DNA from: Candidatus Hydrogenedentota bacterium
GTDB lineage: Bacteria > Hydrogenedentota > Hydrogenedentia > Hydrogenedentales > SLHB01
Length of the DNA stretch: 64,000 nt
Assembly (NCBI GenBank): GCA_045863295.1
Contig: BTWA01000005.1
Span: 1 to 64,000, forward strand
Reading direction: 5' to 3'
A program made the translations under genes and the position numbers. Below the pieces are notes generated by a model. The model saw only the letters and a list, made by a program, of their open reading frames with translations. It made no database searches and had not been told where the DNA came from. Shown here piece by piece: positions 8,080 through 18,010 of the stretch (its first letter is position 1; every line of letters starts with the position of its first letter).

Positions 8080-10614
8080 CTACCGCACATCCTGCTGGTT
8101 ACGCGCGATTGCGGTGCATGGACGGCGATCCGTCGTGGGCGCGTATCCGGGCAACGGCTTGACGTTCGCGTGGTATGCGTCGAGGAACCACGCGGCCTGG
8201 GGATAGTAATACTCTTCGAGTTCGGCTGGCGGCACGATCCAGTTTTCCGCGGCCACGATGACGGGCGGCGCGTCGAGGTAATCAAAGGCCATCTGCGTGA
8301 CATTCGACGCGACCGTATGCAGGAAACTGCCGCGTTCGCAGGCATCGCTTCCCAACAGCAATTTGCCGGTCTTCTTGACGGAGCGAATCAGCGGATCGTA
8401 GTCGAACGGCACGAGGGACTGGCCGTCAATGAGCTCGACGCTAACGCCGAATTCCTTCTCGAACCGGTCCGCGGCCTCGGCCGCGCGGTAGAGTGTCGCG
8501 CCAAAGGTGAGGATCGTGAGATCCGTACCCTCGCGAAGCACCGCGGGCGCGCCGATGGGAATGGAGAAGTATTCGGACGGCACGCCCTGGGGGTGGAACT
8601 GCTCGGTTACGTCGTAAAGCCGCTGGCTTTCGAAAAACACGACCGGATCGTTGCCCATGAGCGCGGAAGCCATCAAGCCCTTCGCGCTGTACGGCGTTGC
8701 TGGGAAGACGACCTTTAGCCCCGGCACGTGCGCGCAGAGCGCGGTCCAGTCCTGCGAGTGCTGCGCGCCATACTTGCTGCCGACGGAGACACGAAGCACG
8801 ACGGGCATCTTCAGATAACCGCCGGACATCCCGATCCATTTCGACAACTGGTTGAACACTTCATCGCCGGCGCGGCCCATGAAATCGCAATACATCAGTT
8901 CGACGAGCGCGCGGCCGCCTTCCAGCGCGAATCCGACGCCCGCGCCGACGATTGCGGCTTCGGAGATGGGCGAGTTGAACAACCGGTAATAGGGGAGCAA
9001 TTCCGTGAGGCCGCGGTACACCGCGAACGCGCCGCCCCAATCGCGGTTTTCCTCGCCCCACGCGGCCAGCCTGTAATCGTTCGCGAAGTGGTGGGCGATG
9101 GCTTCAAATGTGGCATCGCGGAAGCTGACGGCCTTGCTTTCCTTCAACACGGCGCCATTGGCGTCGATGCCGTAGCGGGTCTTGCCCGCGATCTGCTTCA
9201 CGCGCGGGTTTTCCACCAGGGGCATGAGCAGGTCGGTCTCGTTCTTCAGTCCGGGCAATTCCGATTCCGGCGCGCTGGAAAATACGATCTTGTCCAGGCC
9301 GATAAAGGGTCCCAGTTTCATGCGCGGCGACACGGCATCATCGGTAGCTAGTTTGCAGGCCTTGATCACCTTTTGCGTCGCGTATTCGCCGATGGCCTTG
9401 AGCGCGTCCTCCTTCACAATGCCCGCCTCGACCAGCTTGCCGCCGAATTCCAGGATGGGATCGACCTGACGCCACATGTCGATCTCGTCGCGTTCGCGGT
9501 ACGACGACTGATCGCTCGGCGAGTGGCCGGATTGGCGGTAGCAGATCACTTCAAGCATCACCGGACCTTTGCCGGCCTTCAGCAATTCAATCTTGCGTTG
9601 GTACGCGTCGGCCACGCTGAGCGGGTTGTTGCCGTCGACGCATTCCGCATGCATGTTGTCGCGGTTCATGGCGGCGCCGATGCGCGCCAGTCGTTCGAAG
9701 CCCGCTGTCTCGCCGATGGGTTGGCCGCCCATGCCGTAGAAATTGTTCATGAAGTTGAAGATGATGGGCACGCCGCCCTTCCAACCCTCTTCCCAAAGAG
9801 TGTTGAACTGACCCATGGAGGCGAAGCCCATTGCCTCCCAGACGGGCCCGCAGCCGATGGAGGCGTCGCCAATGTTGGCAACGGCGATGCCATCCTTGCG
9901 CAGAATCTTCTTGCAGAGGGCCGCGCCCATGGCGATGTCGGCGCTGCCGCCGACGATTGCGTTGTTGGGATACACGCCGAAGGGGACGAAAAAGGCGTGC
10001 ATGGAGCCGCCCATGCCCTTGTTGAACCCGGTCTCGCGCGCGAAGATTTCCGCCAACAGGCCGTACAGAAGGAAGTCAATGCCCAATTCCTCCTCGGCGT
10101 CGCTTTTCAGCAGGGCTTTGCCATTGCCCTTGAGTTCCGGCGCGCTGGCTGTTTCCTTGTGCGCCTCGACGATGCCCAGGATCTGACCGTCGAAATAGCC
10201 GCGCATGACAGGATCGAGTCCGCCGCCCTTCAGCTTGTGGATGGCGGACAGGCCCTTGGCGATGATTTCGCCGTGGCTGCGGTGGCTGCCGAAGATGTGA
10301 TCATCCACGCCGAGGTGGAAACACTCACCGACGGCCGAGGCTTCCTGGCCGATGGACAGGTGCGCCGGTCCCGCGTGCTTGTATTTGATTTCCTGGTACA
10401 TGCCCAACTTCTTGATTTCGTCGAGCATGGTCTCGAATTCGCGGATGATGACCATGTCGCGGTACATCCGGACGAGGTCTGCCGCGGTGACCGCCTTGTT
10501 TTCCTTCAGTTCCTCGGCGATGGATCGCCGGTAGGTGTTGATGGGGATGGATCCGAGGGTAAGTTCTTCCGACTTGCGTACTTCCGCAGGAACCACCATG
10601 AGCTTCTTGGGCAT
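8080..10614 (-). CDS. Fused E1 alpha/beta 2-oxoacid (or acetoin) dehydrogenase, TPP-dependent
   Basis: HLSIGQE, HRSHG, GGSMH, TPP motif GDAS..NN, GHS, beta-part [14 protein letters not shown]. Confidence 0.88.
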   Translation of the reverse strand: MPKKLMVVPAEVRKSEELTLGSIPINTYRRSIAEELKENKAVTAADLVRMYRDMVIIREFETMLDEIKKLGMYQEIKYKHAGPAHLSIGQEASAVGECFHLGVDDHIFGSHRSHGEIIAKGLSAIHKLKGGGLDPVMRGYFDGQILGIVEAHKETASAPELKGNGKALLKSDAEEELGIDFLLYGLLAEIFARETGFNKGMGGSMHAFFVPFGVYPNNAIVGGSADIAMGAALCKKILRKDGIAVANIGDASIGCGPVWEAMGFASMGQFNTLWEEGWKGGVPIIFNFMNNFYGMGGQPIGETAGFERLARIGAAMNRDNMHAECVDGNNPLSVADAYQRKIELLKAGKGPVMLEVICYRQSGHSPSDQSSYRERDEIDMWRQVDPILEFGGKLVEAGIVKEDALKAIGEYATQKVIKACKLATDDAVSPRMKLGPFIGLDKIVFSSAPESELPGLKNETDLLMPLVENPRVKQIAGKTRYGIDANGAVLKESKAVSFRDATFEAIAHHFANDYRLAAWGEENRDWGGAFAVYRGLTELLPYYRLFNSPISEAAIVGAGVGFALEGGRALVELMYCDFMGRAGDEVFNQLSKWIGMSGGYLKMPVVLRVSVGSKYGAQHSQDWTALCAHVPGLKVVFPATPYSAKGLMASALMGNDPVVFFESQRLYDVTEQFHPQGVPSEYFSIPIGAPAVLREGTDLTILTFGATLYRAAEAADRFEKEFGVSVELIDGQSLVPFDYDPLIRSVKKTGKLLLGSDACERGSFLHTVASNVTQMAFDYLDAPPVIVAAENWIVPPAELEEYYYPQAAWFLDAYHANVKPLPGYAPTTDRRPCTAIARNQQDVR

Positions 10615-10904
10615 GATTCAAACGCCTTTCCAACGCCGCGCCGGGCATGACAGAACGGGCAATTCGCCCGAAGACCGCAGAAAACAGACGGGGAAGTATA
10701 CTACACAAGGGGCAGGGGTTACGAATGGGGCTGGAGGCGAGGCAGGCGCGACGGGCGACGGGGTGCAGTGAGGACGGGGGCAGGTGCATTCTGTCCATTG
10801 GTGCACTTCTCCATGTGGCCTTACAAGTCATATCCCCCGCCTGCATGAAACTGACGTAAGAAACGAAAAGGACAAAACGCATGGGCACCTGCGGGGGGTG
10901 ACGA

Positions 10905-10933
10905 ATGGGAGCTATGGGACAGATGGGACCTAT
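10905..10933 (+). repeat. Triple 9-bp-period iteron ATGGGA
   Basis: ATGGGAgct ATGGGAcag ATGGGAcct in an intergenic region. Confidence 0.55.
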
Positions 10934-11329
10934 CGCTTGGGTCCGCGGCCTGCGCGGGGGGAGGAACGGGAATAGTGGGGCAGTCGGGAACTATCGCTAG
11001 AGCCCACGGCCTCTCGGGAACGGCGAGAGAGGTGGATGTGGAATGTACGACTGGGGAAATGTGGAAAGCGATCTGTTGGGAGCTTGTAAGGGCCTGGTGG
11101 ACTTAGTGATTGGCGTGGACCGATTGGACTGAGCAAAAGGGGCTTTGTGTCTTTACCGTGCCATGCGCTAAAGTGCCAGGATTGTGTGTTCTCAATGGGC
11201 CGGGGTGCATCGGCGAAATCCATTTTGGGAGTGATTCTACTCGTGCGTTTTTTTGATATGTCCGATTGCGGCGATGACCGCGACCTGAATAATTGGACTC
11301 CTGCGGTCAGTCAGATTCGCGAACAAAGA

Positions 11330-11356
11330 TGGATTCCCGCTTTCGCGGGAATGACG
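11330..11356. repeat. dRS3-like palindromic repeat ATTCCCGC-TTTC-GCGGGAAT-GAC
   Basis: TGGATTCCCGCTTTCGCGGGAATGACG; partial second copy at about 11426-11438. Confidence 0.7.
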
Positions 11357-11434
11357 AAAGCGTGTGCGTGCGTGGCGCTTAGGATTGCGTGCATGACGAT
11401 AGCTTTGGCTGGAATGGCGCTGAGGTTCGCGGGA

Positions 11435-14400
11435 ATGAAGAACGCATGGTCGGGAATGATGTTGCGGCGTTCCGCTCTGGCCGCGGTGGTCATGCTCGCT
11501 TGCTTTTACGGCGCGGCAATTGCCCAGGAACAGCCGGCTTCCGAGACAGATTCGGTGGACAGGGATTATGCGGCGGAGTTGCCGCGGATACCGCACATGG
11601 AGCCGGCGGAGGCGCAGGCGGCGTTTGAGATTCATCCGGGGTTCCGGATGGATTTGCTGGCGATGGAGCCGAACGTATTTGATTCCGTGGCGGCGTCGTT
11701 CGACGAGGACGGCCGTTTGTACACGGTGGAGATGCGTGGGTATTCCGAGCAGTACGACTTGAACATGAGCGAAATCCGGTTGCTGGAAGACACGGACGGG
11801 GACGGGACTTTTGACAAAAGTTCGTCGTTTTTGCCGGGTCTGACGTGGCCGACGGCGGTGTTTGCATACGACGGGGGCGCGTTCATTGCGGTGCCACCGG
11901 ATATTCTGTATGCGCGGGACAACGACGGCGACGGCGTCGCGGATGAAGTGAAGAAAGTGTTTACGGGGTTCAGCCTGAGCAATGTCCAGGGGCTGATCAA
12001 TTCGTTTGTTTGGGGACCGGACAACCGGATTTACGCGTCGGCCAGCAGTTCGGGCGGCGATGTGCGACGGGCGGACGATCCGAATTCGCCGGTGGTGTCC
12101 GTGCGGGGGCGCGATTTTTCGTTCGACCCGCGCACGCTGGATTACCGCGCGGAGAGCGGCGGCGCGCAGCACGGGATGAGCTTCGACAATTTCTATCACC
12201 GCTTCGCCAGTATGAACAGCGATCACATTCAGTTGTACATGGTCGAAGACCGGTATCTCGCGCGGAACCCGTATTTTTCCGCGCCGACGCCGCGCATCAG
12301 CATTGCGTCGGATGGTCCGTCGGCGGATGTGTTTCGAATCTCGCCGGTAGAGCCGTGGCGCGTGGTGCGGACGCGGCTGCGCGTGAAGGGGATTGTGCCC
12401 GGGCCGATTGAAGGGGGAGGCCGCGACTCCGGGTATTTTACCAGTGCGACCGGGGTGACCATTTACCGGGGCGACGCGTGGCCATCCGAATATCTTGGCA
12501 ACGCGATCATCGCGGATGTGGGCAGCAACCTGATTCATCGCAAGATTGTCGAACGCAAGGGCGTGGAGTTGGTGGCGCACCGCGCGGATCCGGGCACGGA
12601 GTTTATCCGTTCGAAGGACATCTGGTTCCGGCCGGTGCAGTTTTACAACATGCCGGATGGGAATCTGTTGGTGCTGGATATGTACCGTGAGACGATTGAG
12701 CATCCCGCCAGTCTACCGCCGGTAATTAAAAAGCATCTTGACCTCACCAGTGGACACGATAGGGGGCGGTTGTACCGGATCGCGCCGGAGGGATTTCAAC
12801 AGCCCAAGCCGGTGACGCTGAGCGCGGCGTCTTCGTTGGAACTGGCGGGGCTGCTGGACCACGCGAATGCGTGGCATCGCGAGACGGCGGCGCGATTGAT
12901 CTACCAGCGGCAAGACAAGAGCATTGTGCCCGCGCTGACGCAGGCGGTTGCGGACGCGATTTCGCCGGAAGGGCGCATGCATTCGTTGTATGCGCTGGCG
13001 GGTCTGGACGCGCTGACTCGCGACGTGGTGTTGAAGGCATTAGACGACACGCATCCGCAAGTCCGACGCCATGCGGTTCGCGTGGCGGAGCGCATGGAGG
13101 GAGCCGACGAGGCCGTGTTGGCCAAGCTTTCGGGGATGGCCGACGACGGCGATGCGGAAGTGCGGTATCAGCTTGCGTTCTCGTTGGGCGAGGCGCCGAG
13201 CACGCCGGAACGCAATGCGGCGCTTGCGGCCATCGCGTTATCGAACGGCGGGGACAAATGGTTTGCCACGGCGCTGATGAGTTCGCTCACGTTGGGCGCG
13301 GGCGAGGTGCTGGCGCGATTGATGGACGATGCGACATATCGAGCCAGCGAAGCCGGAAAGAATTTGATTGGGGATCTGGCACGGCAGACCGGCGCAACCG
13401 GAAGAGACGAAGAACTGCGGCTGGCGCTGCAAAAGATTGACGCGCTTCCTCCGGCCGAGGATGCGTTGGCGCAGACCGCCGTGTCGCGGATCGTTGCAGG
13501 GCTGCAACTGTCGGGCCGGGGCGGCGAGTCGCAGCGCGTGCTGGCGCAAAGCACCCGTGCGAACGCGCTGGTTGCGTCGATGATTGCGGATGCGCGGATA
13601 GCGGCTCAGCAAGCGGACGGGGAAACGGCCAAGCGCGTGGCAGCGATTAGGACATTGGCATTCGATGCGCCGTCCGAGGCGATTCCCGTTTTGTCCGGCC
13701 TGCTGGATCAACGGGAAGCGTCAGAGGTCCAGGCGGCGGCCCTTGCCTCGTTGCGCGGCTACGATGATCCGGCGGTGGCACAATCCTTATTGAATGCGTG
13801 GCCCACGCTTAGCCCCACCGTACGATTGCAAGCCGTGGAAGCGTTGTTTTCGCGAAAGCCGTGGGTGGAGGCCCTATTGGACGCGATCGCGGAGGGCACG
13901 TTTCATCCGAAGGATCTGGAGTCCACGCGCATTCGTGCGCTGCAATCCAGCCCGGATCCGGCCATCAAGTCGCGCGCGGAAAATCTGTTGGGCGACTTTG
14001 ACTTCAGCACGCGGCAGGCCGTGGTGGATTCGTATCGCGATGCGCTCACCATGGGCGGCGACGCCGCGCGGGGGAAAGAAGTGTTCGTTCTCAATTGTGC
14101 GCAGTGCCACAAAGTGGGTGATACCGGTTTCGACGTGGGTCCGAATCTGGTGACGGTTGCGCAGGCGGGCGGCGAAAAGATTCTGATGAATGTGCTCGAT
14201 CCGAACAGTGAAATCAATCCGCAATACGTGAATTACACCATCGACACGGACGACTTTCAGACGCACACCGGCGTGATTGGATCGGAAACGGCGACCAGCA
14301 TCACGTTGAAACGGGCGAACGGCGAGACCAGCACAATCTTGCGGGTCAACATCGAGAGTATTCGCAGCGAAAACCTGTCGATCATGCCGGAAGGTTTGGA

Positions 14401-14461
14401 GCAGACCATCGATAAGCAAGCGATGGCGGATTTGATTGCGTTTCTGACGTCAATCGAGTGA
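11435..14461 (+). CDS. PVC-type heme-binding CxxCH protein (membrane-bound dehydrogenase beta-propeller, HEAT repeats, cytochrome c)
   Basis: Signal peptide, LEDTDGDG, WFRPV, GRLYRI, HEAT-like repeats, CAQCH, SIMPEGLE; start uncertain (11435 or 11456). Confidence 0.9.
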   Translation: MKNAWSGMMLRRSALAAVVMLACFYGAAIAQEQPASETDSVDRDYAAELPRIPHMEPAEAQAAFEIHPGFRMDLLAMEPNVFDSVAASFDEDGRLYTVEMRGYSEQYDLNMSEIRLLEDTDGDGTFDKSSSFLPGLTWPTAVFAYDGGAFIAVPPDILYARDNDGDGVADEVKKVFTGFSLSNVQGLINSFVWGPDNRIYASASSSGGDVRRADDPNSPVVSVRGRDFSFDPRTLDYRAESGGAQHGMSFDNFYHRFASMNSDHIQLYMVEDRYLARNPYFSAPTPRISIASDGPSADVFRISPVEPWRVVRTRLRVKGIVPGPIEGGGRDSGYFTSATGVTIYRGDAWPSEYLGNAIIADVGSNLIHRKIVERKGVELVAHRADPGTEFIRSKDIWFRPVQFYNMPDGNLLVLDMYRETIEHPASLPPVIKKHLDLTSGHDRGRLYRIAPEGFQQPKPVTLSAASSLELAGLLDHANAWHRETAARLIYQRQDKSIVPALTQAVADAISPEGRMHSLYALAGLDALTRDVVLKALDDTHPQVRRHAVRVAERMEGADEAVLAKLSGMADDGDAEVRYQLAFSLGEAPSTPERNAALAAIALSNGGDKWFATALMSSLTLGAGEVLARLMDDATYRASEAGKNLIGDLARQTGATGRDEELRLALQKIDALPPAEDALAQTAVSRIVAGLQLSGRGGESQRVLAQSTRANALVASMIADARIAAQQADGETAKRVAAIRTLAFDAPSEAIPVLSGLLDQREASEVQAAALASLRGYDDPAVAQSLLNAWPTLSPTVRLQAVEALFSRKPWVEALLDAIAEGTFHPKDLESTRIRALQSSPDPAIKSRAENLLGDFDFSTRQAVVDSYRDALTMGGDAARGKEVFVLNCAQCHKVGDTGFDVGPNLVTVAQAGGEKILMNVLDPNSEINPQYVNYTIDTDDFQTHTGVIGSETATSITLKRANGETSTILRVNIESIRSENLSIMPEGLEQTIDKQAMADLIAFLTSIE

Positions 14462-14463
14462 GC

Positions 14464-14487
14464 GTAGATGCGGTGTCGTGCCGCATC
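14464..14487 (+). repeat. GTAG-type REP-like hairpin
   Basis: GTAG-ATGCGGTG-TCG-TGCCGCAT-C, same length and layout as the 56184 element with a compensatory stem change. Confidence 0.5.
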
Positions 14488-14537
14488 CGCGGGCTTTGAC
14501 GGCGGGCGGGAAGGCTGGGAAGCCATCGAGGGCTACT

Positions 14538-14993
14538 TCACTCCCGGATGCCTTTGACGGCGCGATCGATTTCGCGCTTCACTTCGCGCGTGCGGATGCT
14601 GTCGCGTTTGTCATGAGTTTGTTTGCCTTTACACAGGCCGAGTTCGATTTTGGCGCGGCCCTGTTTGAAGTATACGCTCAAGGGAATTAGCGTCAATCCT
14701 TTTTCGGCAATCCGCTGCGATAGCTTCAGAATTTCGCGCTTGTGCAGCAGCAGCTTGCGGTTGCGCTCGGGATCGTGATTGTAGATGTTGCCTTGTTCGT
14801 AGGGGTTGATATGCGCGCCTACGAGGTACATCTCGCCCCGAATAATGTCTACGAAGCTGTCCTTTAGCACGATTTTGCCGTCCCGCAGGGATTTCACTTC
14901 CGTTCCCTGCAGGGCGATTCCCGCCTCAAGCGTTTCCAGCACGTGATAGTCGTGACGTGCTTTCCGGTTGGTTACAACGACCTTTGCACCCAC
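14538..14993 (-). CDS. smpB: SsrA-binding protein
   Basis: NRKARHDY, EAGIALQGTEVKSLR, RKLLLHKREI, GKQTHDKR. Confidence 0.97.
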   Translation of the reverse strand: MGAKVVVTNRKARHDYHVLETLEAGIALQGTEVKSLRDGKIVLKDSFVDIIRGEMYLVGAHINPYEQGNIYNHDPERNRKLLLHKREILKLSQRIAEKGLTLIPLSVYFKQGRAKIELGLCKGKQTHDKRDSIRTREVKREIDRAVKGIRE

Positions 14994-15076
14994 TTCATTG
15001 CTCCAGATTCACAAAGAGCGCAATTGTATCACGCTGACGGGCCTGGGAGAATTCTCCAAATCATGCGCACTACAGC

Positions 15077-15109
15077 AAAAGCCCCCGGGGTGTTGGCCCG
15101 AGGGCTTTT
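15077..15109 (-). terminator. Rho-independent (bidirectional-looking) terminator after tolB
   Basis: AAAAGCCCCCGGG..CCCGAGGGCTTTT hairpin with A/T tracts on both sides. Confidence 0.75.
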
Positions 15110-15129
15110 CGAATTCAAGTTCAATCGGA

Positions 15130-16425
15130 TTACCGCCTAGGTCCCCAACTGGGTCCTTGGCCGTTGATGGTTAGCTGTGGCACTTTACGGTTTTCGCCTG
15201 TGGACAATGTGGCGGTCCACAGTTCGGAGCGGCCGCTGCGGGTGGAGGTGAAGACCACGTGGCGTGAGTCGGCAGACCAATTGGGCGATTCGTTGTTGCC
15301 AGCGGAGTTGGTCAATCGAATGGGATTCGAGCCGTCGGATCCCATGACGTAGACTTCCTGGCCTTCGCCGCCTTTTTCCACGACGTAGACGATGGAGCGT
15401 CCATCGGGCGACCAGTTCGGGTCGACGGAGTTGCCGCCTTGGGTGGAGATGCGCTGGGCGGCGCCGCCGCTGGCGCTCATAACGTAAATCTGCGGCGATC
15501 CGCCGCGCTCGCTCACAAAGGCGATCTTGGATCCGTCCGGACTGAACGTGGGGGAGGTGTCGAGTCCCGGGTCGTTGGTGAGGCGTTGCTTGTTGCTGCC
15601 GTCGGCGCTGAGCCGGTAGATTTCCATGTTCGCATCCTTGCTGAGCACGATGGCGAGGGAGCGTCCGTCCGGGGCCCAGGTGGGCGAGCCATTCAATCCG
15701 GGATCGCGGGAGAGCGAACGGGATTTTCCGGAGGAGAGGTCGAGGATGTACAAAAACGGAAAGCGGTCTTTGAACGAGGAATAGGCGACCTGGTTTCCAT
15801 CCGGAGAGAACGCGGGGAGGATGGAAATTGATGCATGTTGGGTTACTTGCCGGGCGTTCGCGCCGTCGTAGTCGCACAAGAACAGTTCTTTTTTGCCGGA
15901 GACCACCGACGAAAAACACAGTTGCGAGGTGGCACATCCGGGCTGACCGTCCAGTTGCGCGGTGACTTCATCGGAGAAGGCATGCGCGATTTGCCTTGCC
16001 CACTGGGGGCTTTCGGCAAGCCGCTTGCCCATCATTTGCCTTCCGGAGGCGACATCGAACAACCTGCAATATACCGCGAGTTGTCCGTTTTCCGTGGCCA
16101 CGTATCCGTGCACGAGAAACGCGGCCTTGGTTTGCCGCCATGCGTCAAACGACACCTGGTCCGGTTCCTGTGTAAAACCGGTGAATGCTGGGGGGTATTG
16201 ATCGCGCGACATGACCCGGAAGACGCCTGTGAAGGCGAGATCATCGCGAATGATTTGCGCCATCTGCACGCCCATTGATTCCTGCCCCGGGGCGGACGCA
16301 AAGTCCGGCACGGCAATCGGCAGGCGCTTATCCTGGGGCTGTTCGATGATGGTGCCCGTAACCTGCGCATTAGCGCCGCCACAAAACACTGCCAGCGCAA
16401 TAAAACACAATCCCATCCACTTCAC
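15130..16425 (-). CDS. tolB: Tol-Pal system beta-propeller protein TolB
   Basis: Signal peptide, PIAVPDF TolB N-domain, six P.(F/W)SPDG-type PD40 repeats; GTG 16425 after AAGGAG. Confidence 0.92.
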   Translation of the reverse strand: MKWMGLCFIALAVFCGGANAQVTGTIIEQPQDKRLPIAVPDFASAPGQESMGVQMAQIIRDDLAFTGVFRVMSRDQYPPAFTGFTQEPDQVSFDAWRQTKAAFLVHGYVATENGQLAVYCRLFDVASGRQMMGKRLAESPQWARQIAHAFSDEVTAQLDGQPGCATSQLCFSSVVSGKKELFLCDYDGANARQVTQHASISILPAFSPDGNQVAYSSFKDRFPFLYILDLSSGKSRSLSRDPGLNGSPTWAPDGRSLAIVLSKDANMEIYRLSADGSNKQRLTNDPGLDTSPTFSPDGSKIAFVSERGGSPQIYVMSASGGAAQRISTQGGNSVDPNWSPDGRSIVYVVEKGGEGQEVYVMGSDGSNPIRLTNSAGNNESPNWSADSRHVVFTSTRSGRSELWTATLSTGENRKVPQLTINGQGPSWGPRR

Positions 16426-16647
16426 GTAGTCATCTCCTTGCATTGCTGTTGGCTGACTGGCTAGTCCGGATATTTCACGACATTGTTCAATTATCTGGGT
16501 AACAACAGATCCACCGCACCATTGTCGAATGCGATGCAAGTACAGTTTGCACGCGGAATATCCTCGGCGTTTCAAGCCCAAACTATTCTGCGTGAGCATT
16601 TTGCATCACGGAGACTGTACTTCAGTCTTCGTGGTGCAAAATGAGGG

Positions 16648-17643
16648 CTAAATCGCCGGAACGAACGTGAATACTACCTGCACTTCCGGCTCCCGGTACG
16701 ACTCCGGCACACGTGGAAACGGTTGCGCCTCTTTGATGGCCTTTATGGCGGATTCCGTAACCGCTGAATCAAGTGCCGGGCGTACGACTTCCGGCTCGCC
16801 AAAGAGCTGGCCCTCGCGCGTTACCCAGAATGAAACCAGAACCGAATTGAGATCGGGGTTCGCCACAATTCCGGACGGTGTTCTCCACACCTGTTCGACC
16901 CGCCGCATCACCAGGCTACCCCATGTGCCAAGCACGGTGGGCAGTTGGTTCATGTTCACACCTTGCTTGAGCGCAGGCGCATCGCGCGGTGCGCCCTGCG
17001 GGCCGTCGGTTTTGTCTGTTGCCGGTGCGTCGAGATCCAGCGGAGCATCGGGCCGCATACCCGCTTCGAGCTTCGCCATTTCCTTCTCGATGTTCCGGGC
17101 GATTTCCTCTTTTGTCGGTTTCTTGGGTTCCGGTTTCTTCTCGACTTTCTTTTCCGCGGGTTTGTCCTTTGGCTTGGTTTGTTCGGCTTTGGGCTCCGGT
17201 TTCGGATCCGGTTTCTTCGCTTCTTTAACCGGTTCCGCCTTCGGTTCCGGAAGTGGGTCTGGCTTTTTCGCCACCTGCACCGGCTCCTTCGGTGGTGTCG
17301 GCTTCGGCGTTTCCGGCTTTTTTTCCACGGCCGGGGCGGGGGTCGCCAATTTGTCGTCCACTGGAGAATTGGGGTCGGGCGGGGCATTCACCGGCGTCAG
17401 ATCCTGGGAGTTGCCCACAAACTGAACCGTGTAGATTGGGATTTCCGGAGTCGATGGACGCGTCGCGAACACGATTGTGGTGGCGACAAGAATGGCTGTA
17501 TGCACCGCCAAAGAAGCCATCACCGCAAACCGCAATTTGGTCGTGGGTTGTTGGTGTTGGTAGTAATACCGGTACAGACTTAATACAGGCGTCGTCCGCG
17601 TCCGGTAGACCTGACCGATATGTTCATGCATTCGGGTAATCAT
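16648..17643 (-). CDS. tolA: TolA/TonB-like energy transducer
   Basis: TM with SLAVH (SHLS motif), Pro/Lys/Glu-rich linker, TonB_C-like C-terminus; adjacent to tolB; start uncertain. Confidence 0.8.
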   Translation of the reverse strand: MITRMHEHIGQVYRTRTTPVLSLYRYYYQHQQPTTKLRFAVMASLAVHTAILVATTIVFATRPSTPEIPIYTVQFVGNSQDLTPVNAPPDPNSPVDDKLATPAPAVEKKPETPKPTPPKEPVQVAKKPDPLPEPKAEPVKEAKKPDPKPEPKAEQTKPKDKPAEKKVEKKPEPKKPTKEEIARNIEKEMAKLEAGMRPDAPLDLDAPATDKTDGPQGAPRDAPALKQGVNMNQLPTVLGTWGSLVMRRVEQVWRTPSGIVANPDLNSVLVSFWVTREGQLFGEPEVVRPALDSAVTESAIKAIKEAQPFPRVPESYREPEVQVVFTFVPAI

Positions 17644-18010
17644 GGTTGCCCCAATTGTAGGGTCTTGGACCTCCCGAACGGGCTTGACTCCACAAGGTAT
17701 TGTTATCTGGGTGTAAGTATACCCTGTAAATGGTACCGTTTTGCAGCGATAAAATCAAAGATTTGCCGAGTGGGTTTGCCCATTTTGTGTTGGCCACGGG
17801 TGCGAATATTGTGTAATTTATAATGTTTGTACATAAATTACACATCCATATAATCCCTTTGCGACGCCACAAGTTCCCGACTACCGGTCCTTTCCGTAGC
17901 CGCACCCGGTTCAATGGAAATGCCGGGGTTGCCTGCGTACAATACGCCGTCATTCCACTCTGGCCAGGTCCGCCCGTCGTGTGGATCGCACCAACGGTAC
18001 AAGGCAACTC

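Noticed and set aside
10845..10875. Hammerhead ribozyme core (CTGA..GAAA)
   Set aside because: CUGANGA box is not intact and no supporting stems
11147..11434. N-terminal extension of the heme-protein ORF
   Set aside because: Runs through repeat DNA (WIPAFAGMT is the translated dRS3-like palindrome); the signal peptide starts later
14462..15129. tmRNA (ssrA) next to smpB
   Set aside because: Flanking intergenic spaces are only about 75 and 135 bp and lack tRNA-like ends
15130..17643. tolA-tolB without adjacent tolQR/pal as a novelty
   Set aside because: Split tol-pal loci are common outside Proteobacteria
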